Shown here: positions 28,812 through 39,487 of the stretch, piece after piece | How the letters are laid out: every line of letters starts with the position of its first letter | Position numbering within the stretch: the first letter of the stretch is position 1 | Source of the DNA: Betaproteobacteria bacterium | Lineage (GTDB): Bacteria; Pseudomonadota; Gammaproteobacteria; Burkholderiales; Burkholderiaceae_C | Assembly (NCBI GenBank): GCA_037127635.1 | Contig: JBAXYD010000014.1 | Location: 20,067-84,066, forward strand | Length of the DNA stretch: 64,000 nucleotides | Direction of reading: 5' to 3' | The notes under the pieces: generated by a model | Databases searched by the model: none | What the model was told of the DNA's origin: nothing | The model's input: the letters and a program-made list of their open reading frames with translations, nothing else | Position numbers and translations under genes: made by a program

Positions 28812-28835
28812 GTCAATACTTGCTGTAGCACGTAA
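28802..28835. promoter_or_regulatory. Candidate tandem MarR boxes in divergent promoter
   Basis: TACTTGTCATGTCAATA followed by TACTTGCTGTAGCACGTA, AT-rich imperfect palindromes. Confidence 0.45.
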
Positions 28836-28881
28836 ATTTCCGTATCCTGCGGTTGCACAGACCCACTTCACGGAGACTTTC

Positions 28882-29850
28882 ATGCATTCTGCGCCGCGAC
28901 GCATCCTCCTGGCAGCTGCTTTGGCAGCCTCACTGTCGGCGCCCACGTGGGCCGACACGTTTCCCAGCAAGCCCATCACGTTGGTGGTGACGCAGGGCGT
29001 GGGTTCGGGCAGTGACATCACGGCTCGGCTGCTGGCGGGCTACCTCGGCCCTGCGCTGGGGCAGTCGGTGGTGGTGGAGAACCGGGCGGGTGCCTCCGGT
29101 ATCCCGGGCCACCAGTCGGTCGCCCGTGCCGCCCCTGATGGCTACACCTTGCTCTTCACGTCCACGGCTGGGCTGTTTGTCGTGCCGGTGATGAATCCCA
29201 ACGCAAAGTACAGCCTGGCCGATTACGTGCCCGTGTCACCCGTGATGCGCGCGCCGTTTGCCGTGCTGGTGGCCAACACGCCGCAGGCGCCCAAGACCTT
29301 GCCGGAGTTGTTGAGCAGCCTGCGCGCCAAGCCGCAGAACTTTGCCTCTGCCGGTGTGGGCACCATGACCCACCTGGGTACCGAGTTGGTGTTGCGTCGG
29401 GCCGGCGTGCAGGCCACCCACATTCCCTACAAGGGCAGCGGGGCAGCCCTGACCGACCTGATGGGCGGCCAGGTGCTGTTCGCCACCGACTCCCTCACCG
29501 CGGCCATGGCCCACATCCGCAGCGGCAGGCTGCGAGCCCTGGCCACGACAGACCTGGCGCGGGAGGGCTCGCTGCCCGATGTGCCCACGCTGGCGGAGGC
29601 CGGCATTCCTGGCCTGCAGGTGGCGGCCATCGGGGGCTTGTTTGCGCCCAAGGGTACGCCAAAGGACGTGGTGGATAAGATTGCCGCGGCCACGGCCAAG
29701 GTTCTCGCCTTGCCGGATGTGGTGCAGCGCTTTGCCGCCGTGGAGACCGATCCGCTCAGGGTCAGCATCGGCGCCTTCAATGAACTGCTGCGCAAGGAGG
29801 CTGAAGTGTGGAGCCCTCTGGTGCAGCAACTCGGGCTGAAGCAGGAATGA
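28882..29850 (+). CDS. Bug/TctC tripartite tricarboxylate transporter substrate-binding protein
   Basis: FPSKPI, VVENRAGASG, PDGYTLL, HIPYKG, PDVPT.AE. Confidence 0.93.
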   Translation: MHSAPRRILLAAALAASLSAPTWADTFPSKPITLVVTQGVGSGSDITARLLAGYLGPALGQSVVVENRAGASGIPGHQSVARAAPDGYTLLFTSTAGLFVVPVMNPNAKYSLADYVPVSPVMRAPFAVLVANTPQAPKTLPELLSSLRAKPQNFASAGVGTMTHLGTELVLRRAGVQATHIPYKGSGAALTDLMGGQVLFATDSLTAAMAHIRSGRLRALATTDLAREGSLPDVPTLAEAGIPGLQVAAIGGLFAPKGTPKDVVDKIAAATAKVLALPDVVQRFAAVETDPLRVSIGAFNELLRKEAEVWSPLVQQLGLKQE

Positions 29851-31097
29851 GCCGCGCCAACGCCTTGCCCCGGCAGCCCCTGGCCCCGGAGGCTGCGGGC
29901 CCCTTGAAGGGTGTGAGGGTGCTGGATCTCTCCCGCCTGGTGGCAGGCAATATGCTGACCCTTCAGCTGGGAGACTTTGGTGCGGACGTGATCAAGGTGG
30001 AAGCCGCGGGGTCGGGTGACACGCTGCGCGAGTGGTGTGAACCGCACCCCGAGCACCCGGAGGGCTTTGACGGCTGGTGGCGCATCTACGCACGCAACAA
30101 GCGCAGCCTGGCGCTGGACTTTCGCAATGCCCAGGCCATGGACTGGCTGCGGCGCCTGATCTCCTCCGCGCAGGTGCTGGTGGAGAGCTTCCGTCCCGGG
30201 ACCCTCGAGGCCATGGGCCTGGGCCCGGATGCCTTGCTGGCGCTGCAGCCCGGCCTGGTGATCGTGCGCCTGTCCGGCTGGGGTCAGACAGGCCCGTACC
30301 GGACGCTGCCGGGTTTCGGCAGCTTGATCGAGGGCTTCAGTGGCTACGCGCACAAGCATCGCGATGCCCGTGGCGAGCCCCAGTTGCCGCACATGGCCCT
30401 GGCGGACATGGTGACCGGACTCACGGGCGCGTTTGCCACCCTGGCCGCCTTGCGTGAAGTCGAGCTGCGCGGCGGACGTGGCCAGGTGGTGGACCTGTCC
30501 CTGCTGGAGCCGATGCTGGCCATCATGGGGCCTGACGTGGCTGCCTATGCCGCGACAGGCGCCGACCCGGAGCCTGGCCGCAAGATCGCATCACCCCGGG
30601 GCAGCTACCGTTGCAAGGATGGCCTGTGGGTGTCGATGTCCGGTTCCACGGAAGCGATGGCCCGCCGCGTGTTCGACGCCATCGGTCAGGCTGCGCTGTT
30701 CGAGGATCCGCGCTTCTCCACCAACGCTGCAAGGCTGGCGCATGACGCGCAGGTGGACCGCCTGGTGTCGGATTTCATCGCCACGCTGGACCAGGCCGAG
30801 TGCCTGGCGCTGTTCCGCAGCAAGGGCGTGACGGTCGGCCCTGTCTACGCACCGCCGCAATTGCTGAACGACCCGCATGTGGCGGAGAGGGGGGTTTATG
30901 TGCAACTCGACGCGGCTGAAGGCGAGCCTCCCACGGTGATGCACCAGGTCACGCCGCGGCTGCAGGGCACGCCCGGCAGCATTCGCCGCCCTGCGCCGCG
31001 CCGCGGTCAGCACACGCGGGAGTTGCTTGCCGAACTGGGGGCCACAGATGCTGAGGCCGAGGCCCTGCAAGGCCAGGGGGCGATCGAATGTCGATGA
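29847..31097 (+). CDS. Family III CoA-transferase (CaiB/BaiF)
   Basis: GPL.GVRVLDLS, GADVIKVE, RNKRSLALD, E.FRPG, LADM. Confidence 0.94.
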   Translation: MSRANALPRQPLAPEAAGPLKGVRVLDLSRLVAGNMLTLQLGDFGADVIKVEAAGSGDTLREWCEPHPEHPEGFDGWWRIYARNKRSLALDFRNAQAMDWLRRLISSAQVLVESFRPGTLEAMGLGPDALLALQPGLVIVRLSGWGQTGPYRTLPGFGSLIEGFSGYAHKHRDARGEPQLPHMALADMVTGLTGAFATLAALREVELRGGRGQVVDLSLLEPMLAIMGPDVAAYAATGADPEPGRKIASPRGSYRCKDGLWVSMSGSTEAMARRVFDAIGQAALFEDPRFSTNAARLAHDAQVDRLVSDFIATLDQAECLALFRSKGVTVGPVYAPPQLLNDPHVAERGVYVQLDAAEGEPPTVMHQVTPRLQGTPGSIRRPAPRRGQHTRELLAELGATDAEAEALQGQGAIECR

Positions 31098-31984
31098 ACC
31101 CGCCCTTTCACACTGAAGCCTCCCCGGAGGCTTCCTCCCGGCCTTCGCTCAGGGCCTGCCGGTCCCTGCTGTTCCTGCCCGCCACCGCCGAGCACATGCT
31201 GGACAAGGCGCCGCAACGCGGCGCCGATGCTTTGATCGTCGATCTGGAGGACTCCGTTGCGCCCGAGCGCAAGGTGGAAGCAAGGCCCATGGCCCGGGCC
31301 GCGGTGCGGTCGTTGGCGTCTCGCGGCGCAGCGGTGCTGTTGCGGGTCAACAGCGCACCCGCCATGTGGCGGCTCGACTTGCAGGACATGCCCTGCCAGG
31401 ACCTGGCTGCCGTGATGCTGCCGAAGGTGGAGACGCCGCAGCAGGTGGAAGCGCTGGCCCTGGCCCTGGCCGAGCAGTCTGGCGGCCGTGTGCCCCCTGT
31501 GGTGGCCTTGTTGGAGACCCCGCGAGGGGTGCTGGCCGCCGCCGATGTGGCCCGACATCCGGCCCTCGTGGCCCTGGGCTTCGGCGCCGAAGACTATGCC
31601 GCTGCGCTGGGGGTGGCACCGGGACCGCTGGCGCTGGCCTGGCCTGGGCAGCAGGTCATCACTGCGGCGCACGCCTTCAGTCTGCAGTGCTGGGGCCTGG
31701 CCGACAGCATTGCAGAGGTGCAAGACATGGTGGCGTTTGAGAAGGCCGTGTTGATGGGGCGAGCCATGGGATTCACCGGCTCGGTCTGCATCCATCCCAG
31801 GCAGGTCCCCGTGGTGAACGGTGGCTTTTCGCCCAGCGCGGACGAGCTGCGTTGGGCGGCGCAGGTGGTGGCCGCCGATGAGGCCGCTGCGGCGGCGGGC
31901 TTAGGAGCGGTGCTGCTGGACGGACGGATGATCGACCGGCCCATCGTGGAACGCGCCCGGCGGTGGCTGGCCAGCACCCGGTGA
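31088..31984 (+). CDS. CitE-like CoA-ester lyase
   Basis: RSLLF.P, DLEDSV, LPKVE, LETP.G, G.EDY, IHP.Q, GRMIDRP. Confidence 0.92.
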   Translation: MSMNPPFHTEASPEASSRPSLRACRSLLFLPATAEHMLDKAPQRGADALIVDLEDSVAPERKVEARPMARAAVRSLASRGAAVLLRVNSAPAMWRLDLQDMPCQDLAAVMLPKVETPQQVEALALALAEQSGGRVPPVVALLETPRGVLAAADVARHPALVALGFGAEDYAAALGVAPGPLALAWPGQQVITAAHAFSLQCWGLADSIAEVQDMVAFEKAVLMGRAMGFTGSVCIHPRQVPVVNGGFSPSADELRWAAQVVAADEAAAAAGLGAVLLDGRMIDRPIVERARRWLASTR

Positions 31985-33216
31985 GCGCCCCGCTGAGCGA
32001 AGGCCGTTGGGTGACCTCCTGGGCTGCGTCGGCGCAGGGGGCGTACCCGGTTGGATCCACCATCGCCCAGCCGGACCTGCGCGCCGCGCTGCCTGAGCCG
32101 ACCGAAGGCCTGCGCGACCAGTCACTGCGCATGATCCTTCGGCCTGCGCTGTGGTCGTCTGGCTGGCGGCTTCGCCTGAGCAATGTGTTCGGGCAGCGCG
32201 AACTGAGGCTGCGCAGCCTGCGCCTGGGGCTGCACTGGGGGGGTGGCGCGCTGGTGCCTGGCACCAGTGTGGCCTTGCCTGACCAGACCGTTGCACCCGG
32301 CCGCGCCGTGTGGACGCCGGCCGTGGAACTGCCTTGGGCCGCGGCACCGAGTTCTGAAGCCTTCCTCGGCCGCGGCCTGGCCTTGAGTGCCTCGGTCGAA
32401 GGCGCGAGCGGGCCGGCCACCTGGCATGCCAAGTCCATGGGCACCTCGTACCTGTCGGTGCCGGGTGACCGGGAGGCCGCGGCGCAGGACAGTGAACTCG
32501 GCTTTCCTTACACCACCACATCCACCTTCTTCGTCGATGCGCTGGACGCGTGGCTGCCTGCCCCGGCGCGCGCGCTGGTGGCGCTGGGAGACTCGCTGAC
32601 CGACGGCACGGCCACCACGCTCAATGGACAGGACCGTTGGACCGACGTGCTGCAGCGCTGTTGGTGGGCCGCCGACCGTCGAGACCTGGCTCTGGTCAAC
32701 GCGGGCATTGGGGGCAACCAGGTGGTAGGGCCGCCAGCCTCGGCCGGCCCGTGGCGGGGAGGGCCATCCGCCCTGGACCGACTGCAGCGCGATGTACTGG
32801 ATCTCTCGGGCGTGGACACCGTGATCTGGATGCAGGGCATCAACGACTTCAGCGACAACGGCGGCGCCGAGGCCGACGTGTTGATCGCGGCCATGCGCTC
32901 GGCCGTTGATCAGTTGCGTGCGCGGGGGCTGAAGGTGGTGGGTGCCACGGTGCCCTCGGCCTTGCATGGCACCCGCCCCGGCCATGGTGGCGTCGAGCAG
33001 GACGCCCGCAGGCGGGCCTTCAACGCGTGGATGCGCGCAGGCGGGGTCTTCGATCTCGTGGCCGACGTGGACGCCGTTTTGACCGACCCCGTCACGGGTT
33101 GCCTGCGCGACGATTTCAACGGCGACAGCACCTTGGGAGAGCCGGGCGACGGTGTGCACCCCAACCGTGCTGGTCACGCCGCCATGGCTCGCTGCTTTCT
33201 CGCCGCACTGGGCTGA
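31981..33216 (+). CDS. SGNH/GDSL hydrolase
   Basis: GDSLTDG, NAGIGGN, GIND, DGVHPN. Confidence 0.92.
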   Translation: MSAPLSEGRWVTSWAASAQGAYPVGSTIAQPDLRAALPEPTEGLRDQSLRMILRPALWSSGWRLRLSNVFGQRELRLRSLRLGLHWGGGALVPGTSVALPDQTVAPGRAVWTPAVELPWAAAPSSEAFLGRGLALSASVEGASGPATWHAKSMGTSYLSVPGDREAAAQDSELGFPYTTTSTFFVDALDAWLPAPARALVALGDSLTDGTATTLNGQDRWTDVLQRCWWAADRRDLALVNAGIGGNQVVGPPASAGPWRGGPSALDRLQRDVLDLSGVDTVIWMQGINDFSDNGGAEADVLIAAMRSAVDQLRARGLKVVGATVPSALHGTRPGHGGVEQDARRRAFNAWMRAGGVFDLVADVDAVLTDPVTGCLRDDFNGDSTLGEPGDGVHPNRAGHAAMARCFLAALG

Positions 33217-33279
33217 TTCCCGGGCCTGAGGCTCCTCGGCCCCACCGCTTCTTGTTGCCTGCCCGGCAGCGGGATTGAC

Positions 33280-33619
33280 TCACCCGGCGGCGGCTGACCC
33301 GTGCTGGGTGCGGTACCAGTCCATGATCTGCTCGCCCGTCCACATCACCACGCCGGGGTGCGACAGGATGTGGTCGTACAGGGCTTCCAGGTACTTGATG
33401 CGGTGCGGCACCCCGGTGAGGTAGGGGTGGATGGAGATGGCCATCACCTTGGCCGATGTGGACCCCTCCTGGTACAGCCGGTCGAACTGGTCGCGCCCGC
33501 GCCGCAGGATCTCGTCGGAGGGCTGCTGCTGCACGGCTGAGATGACCACGTCGTTGACCTCCACCGTGTAGGGGACCGACACCACCGGGCCGGCCCGCGT
33601 GCGCAGCGTCAGCGGCTGG
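33280..33619 (-). pseudogene. 3' fragment of polysaccharide deacetylase (PuuE-like); left direct-repeat copy
   Basis: VPYTVEVND, DQFDRLY.EG, ISIHPYLTGVPHRI; repeat of 52557-52869. Confidence 0.9.
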
Positions 33620-33795
33620 AGGTGGTCGGCCGCCGCGCTGGCGCGTTTGGCCCCTTAGCTCGCACCTGCAGCAGCGCTACTGGCAACTGCACGACGACCC
33701 GTGTGACACGGAGCCGGTGATGGGGTTGGCCGTGCGCTGAAGCTACGCTTGGCGGCGCGGTTGGCCAAAGGTTCCGAGCGGAGCGAACGATCCAC

Positions 33796-34782
33796 TTACT
33801 CCGGCAGGATGCGTTGGTCCCTGATCAGGCGACCCCACTTGGCATGGTCATCTCGCTGGGTGCGCGCCAAAGCTGCTGGGGTTGACGCCACGGGCTCCAT
33901 GCCCAGCACATTCAGGCGCTCGCGGATGTCGGGCATGGCCAGGATGGCGCTGAGGTGCTGATGCATCAAAGTCACTGTGCTGTCCGGGGTGCCTGCATTG
34001 GCGTACAAGCCCAACCAGCCGACTCCTTCCACGTCGGGCGCACCGGACTCGGCAATGGTCGGCACGTCGGGCAACTGTGGCGCGCGCTGGGCGCCCGTGA
34101 CGGCAAGGATCTTCAGTCGACCTGACTGCACGTGGGCCAGGGTGGAGGCCAGCGTGTCGAACATGACCTGGATTTGGCCCGCCATCAGGTCCGACCTGGC
34201 TTGCGCCTCCGATGCGTAACCGATCCATGTGAGATCTGCGCCCGCTCGCTGCTTCAGCAACTGACCGGACAGGAAAGGCACTCCACCGCGGCCTCCCACG
34301 CTGGCGTAATTGATGCGGCCGGGCTGTTGCTTGGAAAGTGCAATCAGTTCCCGGACATTGTTCACCCCGAGCTTGCTCGACACGGTCAACACCACCACGT
34401 TGTTGACGAGCAGCGACACCGGCAGGAAGTCCTTGCCCGGGTCGTAGGGAAGCCGGGAGTTGAAGTGGGGGTTGATCGTCATGATCCCGGCATTGCCCAG
34501 CAGGAAGGTGTGGCCGTCTGATGCCGACTTCATGGCGGTTGCCGCGATGGCGCCATCCGCGCCCGGCCTGGATTCCACCACCACGGGCTGGCCCGTGCGG
34601 GCCTGCAGCTTCTCGCCCAACAGCCGAGCCAGCACCTCGGACGAAGAGCCTCCAGGCGCAGGCACGATCAACTTGATTGCCCTGTCAGGCCAAGTCTGCG
34701 CCAACACCCGCCAAGGCAGGGCCACCGCGGTGGCAGACAACAGGATGCAGCGACGACGGGAACGTGGGGTGTCAGAAACCAT
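33796..34782 (-). CDS. Bug/TctC substrate-binding protein
   Basis: WPDR.I, VVE.RPGA.G, YDP..DF, PDVPTIAE. Confidence 0.92.
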   Translation of the reverse strand: MVSDTPRSRRRCILLSATAVALPWRVLAQTWPDRAIKLIVPAPGGSSSEVLARLLGEKLQARTGQPVVVESRPGADGAIAATAMKSASDGHTFLLGNAGIMTINPHFNSRLPYDPGKDFLPVSLLVNNVVVLTVSSKLGVNNVRELIALSKQQPGRINYASVGGRGGVPFLSGQLLKQRAGADLTWIGYASEAQARSDLMAGQIQVMFDTLASTLAHVQSGRLKILAVTGAQRAPQLPDVPTIAESGAPDVEGVGWLGLYANAGTPDSTVTLMHQHLSAILAMPDIRERLNVLGMEPVASTPAALARTQRDDHAKWGRLIRDQRILPE

Positions 34783-34972
34783 AGGTTCGGATGGCGGTTG
34801 CGATAAGCAGGTCACTGCTAAGGCTGTTTGTCAATGTGAATCGGCGTTTCCAATAATTAAACACTGAATCGAGACCTGTACACATTGGGGTCCACGACGC
34901 CATCAGGGGCTTGCCCGTTGCTGTCTTCTGTCATCCGACGGATAGCGCTCCCGCATGGCCCGCGTTGCGTCG

Positions 34973-36178
34973 TCAAGCGCTTTGGGCGCTGGCGTTTTCA
35001 GCAGTTTGGAGCGGCACCGTCAAAGGGTCGTAGGGATAAAGCCACTCGTTGCGCGATCTGGCGATGTTGCGATCGTGGAAGGCCTGACGCATCTCTTCGG
35101 CGTTGTCGATCTGGTAAAGCTGGCCCATCTCGGTGGACTCTTCCACCACGCGCCGGGTACGCGGCGCACGATGTTGCTCGTACACGCGCAGCCGCTCCTC
35201 AAGCGGCAGTTCCAGTTCGAGCGCCCGGGCCAGCACCCCGGCATCTTCGATGGCCATCGCAGCGCCCTGGGCCATGTAGGGCAGCGTGGAATGCACCGCG
35301 TCGCCCAGCATCGTCACACGCGGTGTGCTCCACACCATGGCCGGCACGCGGCTGTTCAACGCCCAGCGGAAGCACTGGTCACGGTCTGCGGCCTCCACGA
35401 CAGCGCGCACCATGGGGTGCCAGCCTGCGTAGTCGCTGTCGAGCTCGGCCCAGGGCCGGGCGGCCGTCCAGGACTCTTCTTCCCACGGCCGTGCCACGCA
35501 GCCCACGAAGTTGATGAGCTGACCACCTCGCAGGTAGTACATCACGCCATGGTTGTGCGGCCCGCACCAGATGGTGGACACGATGTCGGTTCGCAGCTCC
35601 TTGGGCACCCGGTCCACCGGCACCAGCACGCGCCAGACCACCTGCCCTGTGAAGACAGGGCGGTCGGGGCCCAGCACGTGTTGCCTCACACGGGACTTGA
35701 TGCCGTCAGCGCCGATGACGAGCTCGGCCCGCAGCGTCTGCCCTGAGGCCAGCTCCACGCCGGCTTCCCGGTCGTTCTCGTGCACGTCGCACACTGCAGC
35801 GTCCAGCTGAATCGCATCGGCAGACTGCTGCTGCAGTGCATCGACCAAGGCGGCGTGAAGATCACGCCTGTGCATCTGGTAGTAGGCTGCACCATGCTTC
35901 TCGCGGTGGGCGTCGCCCAGGGGAATGCAATGCAGCAACTCACCGCTGTCGAAGCGACGGAACTCGAATGCTTTGGGGAGCACCCCTGAGGCTTTCAAAG
36001 CCGGCTCCACGCCGATGGCGGTGAGCACTTTGACGGCATTGGCGCTCATCTGAATGCCGGCGCCCACCTCCCCCAGGGACTTGGCTTGCTCCAGCACGCG
36101 CACTCGATGCCCGCGCTGCGCCAGACGCACCGCGGCGGTGAGCCCACCGATGCCGGCGCCCACGATGAGGATGTCCAT
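34973..36178 (-). CDS. Class A FAD-dependent monooxygenase (salicylate/6-hydroxynicotinate hydroxylase family)
   Basis: GAGIGG, GADGI.S, GDA.H..LPYMAQGA...IED. Confidence 0.92.
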   Translation of the reverse strand: MDILIVGAGIGGLTAAVRLAQRGHRVRVLEQAKSLGEVGAGIQMSANAVKVLTAIGVEPALKASGVLPKAFEFRRFDSGELLHCIPLGDAHREKHGAAYYQMHRRDLHAALVDALQQQSADAIQLDAAVCDVHENDREAGVELASGQTLRAELVIGADGIKSRVRQHVLGPDRPVFTGQVVWRVLVPVDRVPKELRTDIVSTIWCGPHNHGVMYYLRGGQLINFVGCVARPWEEESWTAARPWAELDSDYAGWHPMVRAVVEAADRDQCFRWALNSRVPAMVWSTPRVTMLGDAVHSTLPYMAQGAAMAIEDAGVLARALELELPLEERLRVYEQHRAPRTRRVVEESTEMGQLYQIDNAEEMRQAFHDRNIARSRNEWLYPYDPLTVPLQTAENASAQSA

Positions 36179-36180
36179 GG

Positions 36181-36220
36181 ATTTACAGGTTGGTTCTCAA
36201 TTAGAACCAACAGTGTAAAT
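36181..36220. promoter_or_regulatory. Large palindrome, candidate IclR operator (TGGTTC-N7-GAACCA)
   Basis: ATTTACA.GTTGGTTCT-CAATT-AGAACCAAC..TGTAAAT directly upstream of monooxygenase ATG. Confidence 0.6.
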
Positions 36221-36270
36221 ATAAAAACGCGTATGGGAGCCAGCCAGCCGGACGCTGTTGCCGCCTGGTG

Positions 36271-37032
36271 TCAGGTCCTTGCGCCTGGCGCGAAGCCCAA
36301 AGCCTCGGAGACGGCCCGCGCCGCCGATACCAGTTCGGGCGCTACGCGCTCGATCAGGCCATCGGTCAGGCGGCTGGCTGGGCCTCGTATGGCCAGACAA
36401 CCCTCCAGGGCGCCAGTGCGTCCGAACACGCCTGCAGCCAACGCCCGTATGCCCGTGACACATTCCTCGTTGTCCAGCGCCCAGCCTTTGGCTCGCACCC
36501 GCTTGACCTCGGCACGAAGTTTTTCCGGGCTCGTGATGGTGCGGGGTGTGACGGCAGGCAGGCCGGTGACGAGCACCTCGTCGAACAGGGTGTCAGGCCC
36601 GTAGGCCAGCATCACCTTGCCGGAGGCCGTGCTGTGCATGGATTCGGCGTCGCCCACACTGGCTGTCACACGCATGGGCTGCCGACTCTCCATCGGCACG
36701 GATACCACGGTTTCGGTGCCGCGGCGCACGACGAACATGACGGTCTCGTCACAGATGTCGCGCAAGTTCTCCATCCAGGGGCGCGCGGCCTCGCCAGCTG
36801 GCACCTCGCGCAAGTTTTGGCTGGCCAGGCCGATCAGTCCGGGTCCCAGGCGGTACTTCTTGGTCGCCGGGTCCTGCACCAGAAACTCTTCGGTGGCCAA
36901 GGTCCGCATCAGCCGGTAGGCGATGACCTTGTCCATGCCGAGCAGTCGTGCGACATCGCTGGCGCCCAACTCACCTGCGGCAGGAGTGAACTGCTTGAGG
37001 ATGTTCAGCGCTTTAGCGACAGTCTTGCTCAT
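36271..37032 (-). CDS. IclR-family regulator
   Basis: V.KAL.IL, YRL..TL, Y.LG, STASGK.MLA, GWA.DNEE. Confidence 0.94.
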   Translation of the reverse strand: MSKTVAKALNILKQFTPAAGELGASDVARLLGMDKVIAYRLMRTLATEEFLVQDPATKKYRLGPGLIGLASQNLREVPAGEAARPWMENLRDICDETVMFVVRRGTETVVSVPMESRQPMRVTASVGDAESMHSTASGKVMLAYGPDTLFDEVLVTGLPAVTPRTITSPEKLRAEVKRVRAKGWALDNEECVTGIRALAAGVFGRTGALEGCLAIRGPASRLTDGLIERVAPELVSAARAVSEALGFAPGART

Positions 37033-37111
37033 GAACCTGGGAAGGCCGAGGGGTCGCTGTAACTATAGTTGAAACGCCCCTGGGCCCTCCACAAGACTCC
37101 CGGAGCAGACG

Positions 37112-39487
37112 TCAGAAGCTGGCACCGAAGGTCAAGCCCACCGTGCGCGGGTCGCCGATCTGTGCCTCCATCGTGCCGGAGGTGACGAAGCTCGACTTGT
37201 TCTGAAAGTAGATCTTGTCGTTGGCATTCTTGAGCCAGGCCTGCAGCTTGTACTTTTGTTGCGGGCCGAAGCGAAGGCCCGCCTGAATGTTGACCACCGA
37301 GTAGCCGTCGGCACGCTGCAGGTTGTCGTTCTCCAGAGTGAAGAAGCGGGCGCCCCGGTAGCTGATGTCGCCTCCCAAGGTCAGCACCATGCCGTTGCCG
37401 ATCTCGGCCTCGCGGCGCACCGCGAGGCTGGCGGTCAGCCGAGGTGCGTTGGTGAGCACCTTGCCTGAGTAGTCGGTGCCATCGGTCTTGCCGTTGTCGA
37501 TCTTAGTGGCCATCCAGCCGGCGTTCGCATCGATGCTCCACCCTGGGGCCGGACGGGCGTTGACTTCAAGTTCCAGGCCGCTGACATGAGACTTCGGCAC
37601 GTTGATGACGGCGGCGTAGACCTCGCCGCCGATGCTGCGAACCGACAGCAGTTGCTGGTCGCGATAGTCGTAGTAGTAGCCCGTGACGTTCACCCGCAGC
37701 TTGCGGTCCAGGAGGGCGCCCTTCCAGCCGGCTTCATAAGCCAGCAGCTTCTCGGGGTTCACGGGGGTGAAGAATCCAGGGTTGGGCTGGTTGGTGCCGG
37801 CCACGATGCTCGTGGCCGGCGCCGCGCTGAAGCTGCCGGCCTTGAAGCCCTCTGCCACGTTGGCAAACACCATGGAGTCCTTGTCCAGCTTCAGCTTTGT
37901 GCCCAGCTTCCAGCCCGTTTGGTTCCAGGATGCTCCGTAGGGCGAGCCCACGTAGGTGTTGGAGCCTGTGGCGCCGGCAAAGCCCTGCACGAAGGGCGTG
38001 GCAAGCAGGCGTGCCGTGCTGATTGGATCCTGACCAGTGATCGGCCCCAGGGCAGCCCGGGTGTTGGCGTCCAGCAGGCTTCGCCGCACAGAAGTGTTCT
38101 TGCCGTCCGTCTCCTCGCTGGTGACCCGCAGACCAAACAGCGCCGTCCAGTCGCGGCTGAGGTCGTGTTCCAGCTCGCCATAGGCGGATTGCACCTTGTT
38201 GGACTGGTCCAGGCTGGTGGAGAAGATGCGCTGGTCAGGCCGGAAATACTGCACCGAGGTGGTGTTGCCCACCATGTCCTCCTTGAAGAAGAAGGCGCCG
38301 CCAATCCAGCGCGTGGGCGCGTTGGCCGGTGATGTCAGGCGCAGTTCCTGGCTGTACTGCTTGGCCTGGCTGAGTTGGAAGAAGTCAAAGCCGAAGCTGC
38401 CCAGGGTCTGCGGCCCCGCATCGATGTCCTCTGCCTTCTTGTACTGGTTGCCTTCAAAGGCCGTGATGGAGGTCAGCTTGAGCGACCCGATGTCCTGGGT
38501 CAGCGTCAGGGAAGCGCCGTTGGCGCTGACCTTTTCGATAGGCGAGCGAAGGCTGGCGCTGAAGGTGGTGGTATCGGCGGGGTCCGACTTGACGCCAGTG
38601 CGCGAGACGCAACTGGAACCCAAGCCGATCAGCGCGTCAGCGCACAGCAGCGACGCGTTGGTCGAGGCATTGCCCGCTGCGGTCTGCAGCCCCAGCATCT
38701 TCCACAGCTTGTTGGTCTGGTCGACTTCCTCGGCATGGACCTTCAGCAGCACGCTCGTGGTCTTGCTGGGCTGCCACAGCCATTGGAGGCGGGCCGCGGT
38801 CGAATCGCGGTTGTAGACCTTCTCGTTGAGGTTGACGTTCGTGTAGACGCCGTCACGCTTTTGCGCCAGCACCGACAGGCGCAGCGCGCTGTTTGGCCCC
38901 AGGTCCAGCCCCAGCACACCATCGAAGTCGCGCTGTGCATAGCTGCCGAAGGTGATGGCAGTCCGGCCATTGAGGCCTTCCCCAAGTACCGGCCGTGCGG
39001 AGATGTAGTTGACCGCGCCCCCGGTGGTGTTGCGCCCGTAAAGCGTGTTCTGAGGGCCGCGCAGGACCTCCACTCGCTCCAGGTCATACAGCTGCAAAAC
39101 GTTGACGATCGGTGAGTTCAGCGACACCTCGTCGGCATACACGCCCACCGCACTGACGGCGTTGACGCCCACGCCCTTGGTGCCGATACCGCGAACGTAG
39201 ATGTTGGCGTTGGTGGACCCATTGTTCAGAGTGATGTCTGCACTGGGAATGCGTGCAAAGAGATCCTGGGAGCTCTTGATGCCGGCGTCGTCGAGCTGGC
39301 TGCCGGAGATGGCGGTCACGGAGATGGGCGTTTCCTGGATGGAGCCCGCGCGTTTGGTGGCCGTGATCACCACCGTTTCCGTGGTCTGGGCTTGTGCCAC
39401 CTGGGCCCAGCCGCAAGCCGCCAATGCGGCCATCAGGGCATGCAGCGACATGGTGGGGCGGTGATGTCGGATGGAACGAGACGACAT
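37112..39487 (-). CDS. TonB-dependent receptor
   Basis: Signal peptide, ETVVITA, ERVEVLRGPQ.TLYGRNTTGG, C-terminal Phe. Confidence 0.95.
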   Translation of the reverse strand: MSSRSIRHHRPTMSLHALMAALAACGWAQVAQAQTTETVVITATKRAGSIQETPISVTAISGSQLDDAGIKSSQDLFARIPSADITLNNGSTNANIYVRGIGTKGVGVNAVSAVGVYADEVSLNSPIVNVLQLYDLERVEVLRGPQNTLYGRNTTGGAVNYISARPVLGEGLNGRTAITFGSYAQRDFDGVLGLDLGPNSALRLSVLAQKRDGVYTNVNLNEKVYNRDSTAARLQWLWQPSKTTSVLLKVHAEEVDQTNKLWKMLGLQTAAGNASTNASLLCADALIGLGSSCVSRTGVKSDPADTTTFSASLRSPIEKVSANGASLTLTQDIGSLKLTSITAFEGNQYKKAEDIDAGPQTLGSFGFDFFQLSQAKQYSQELRLTSPANAPTRWIGGAFFFKEDMVGNTTSVQYFRPDQRIFSTSLDQSNKVQSAYGELEHDLSRDWTALFGLRVTSEETDGKNTSVRRSLLDANTRAALGPITGQDPISTARLLATPFVQGFAGATGSNTYVGSPYGASWNQTGWKLGTKLKLDKDSMVFANVAEGFKAGSFSAAPATSIVAGTNQPNPGFFTPVNPEKLLAYEAGWKGALLDRKLRVNVTGYYYDYRDQQLLSVRSIGGEVYAAVINVPKSHVSGLELEVNARPAPGWSIDANAGWMATKIDNGKTDGTDYSGKVLTNAPRLTASLAVRREAEIGNGMVLTLGGDISYRGARFFTLENDNLQRADGYSVVNIQAGLRFGPQQKYKLQAWLKNANDKIYFQNKSSFVTSGTMEAQIGDPRTVGLTFGASF

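Noticed and set aside
23182-33748. Shared 10-mer TGAAGCTACG near both repeat-bounded junctions
   Set aside because: A single 10-bp match is expected by chance in 64 kb
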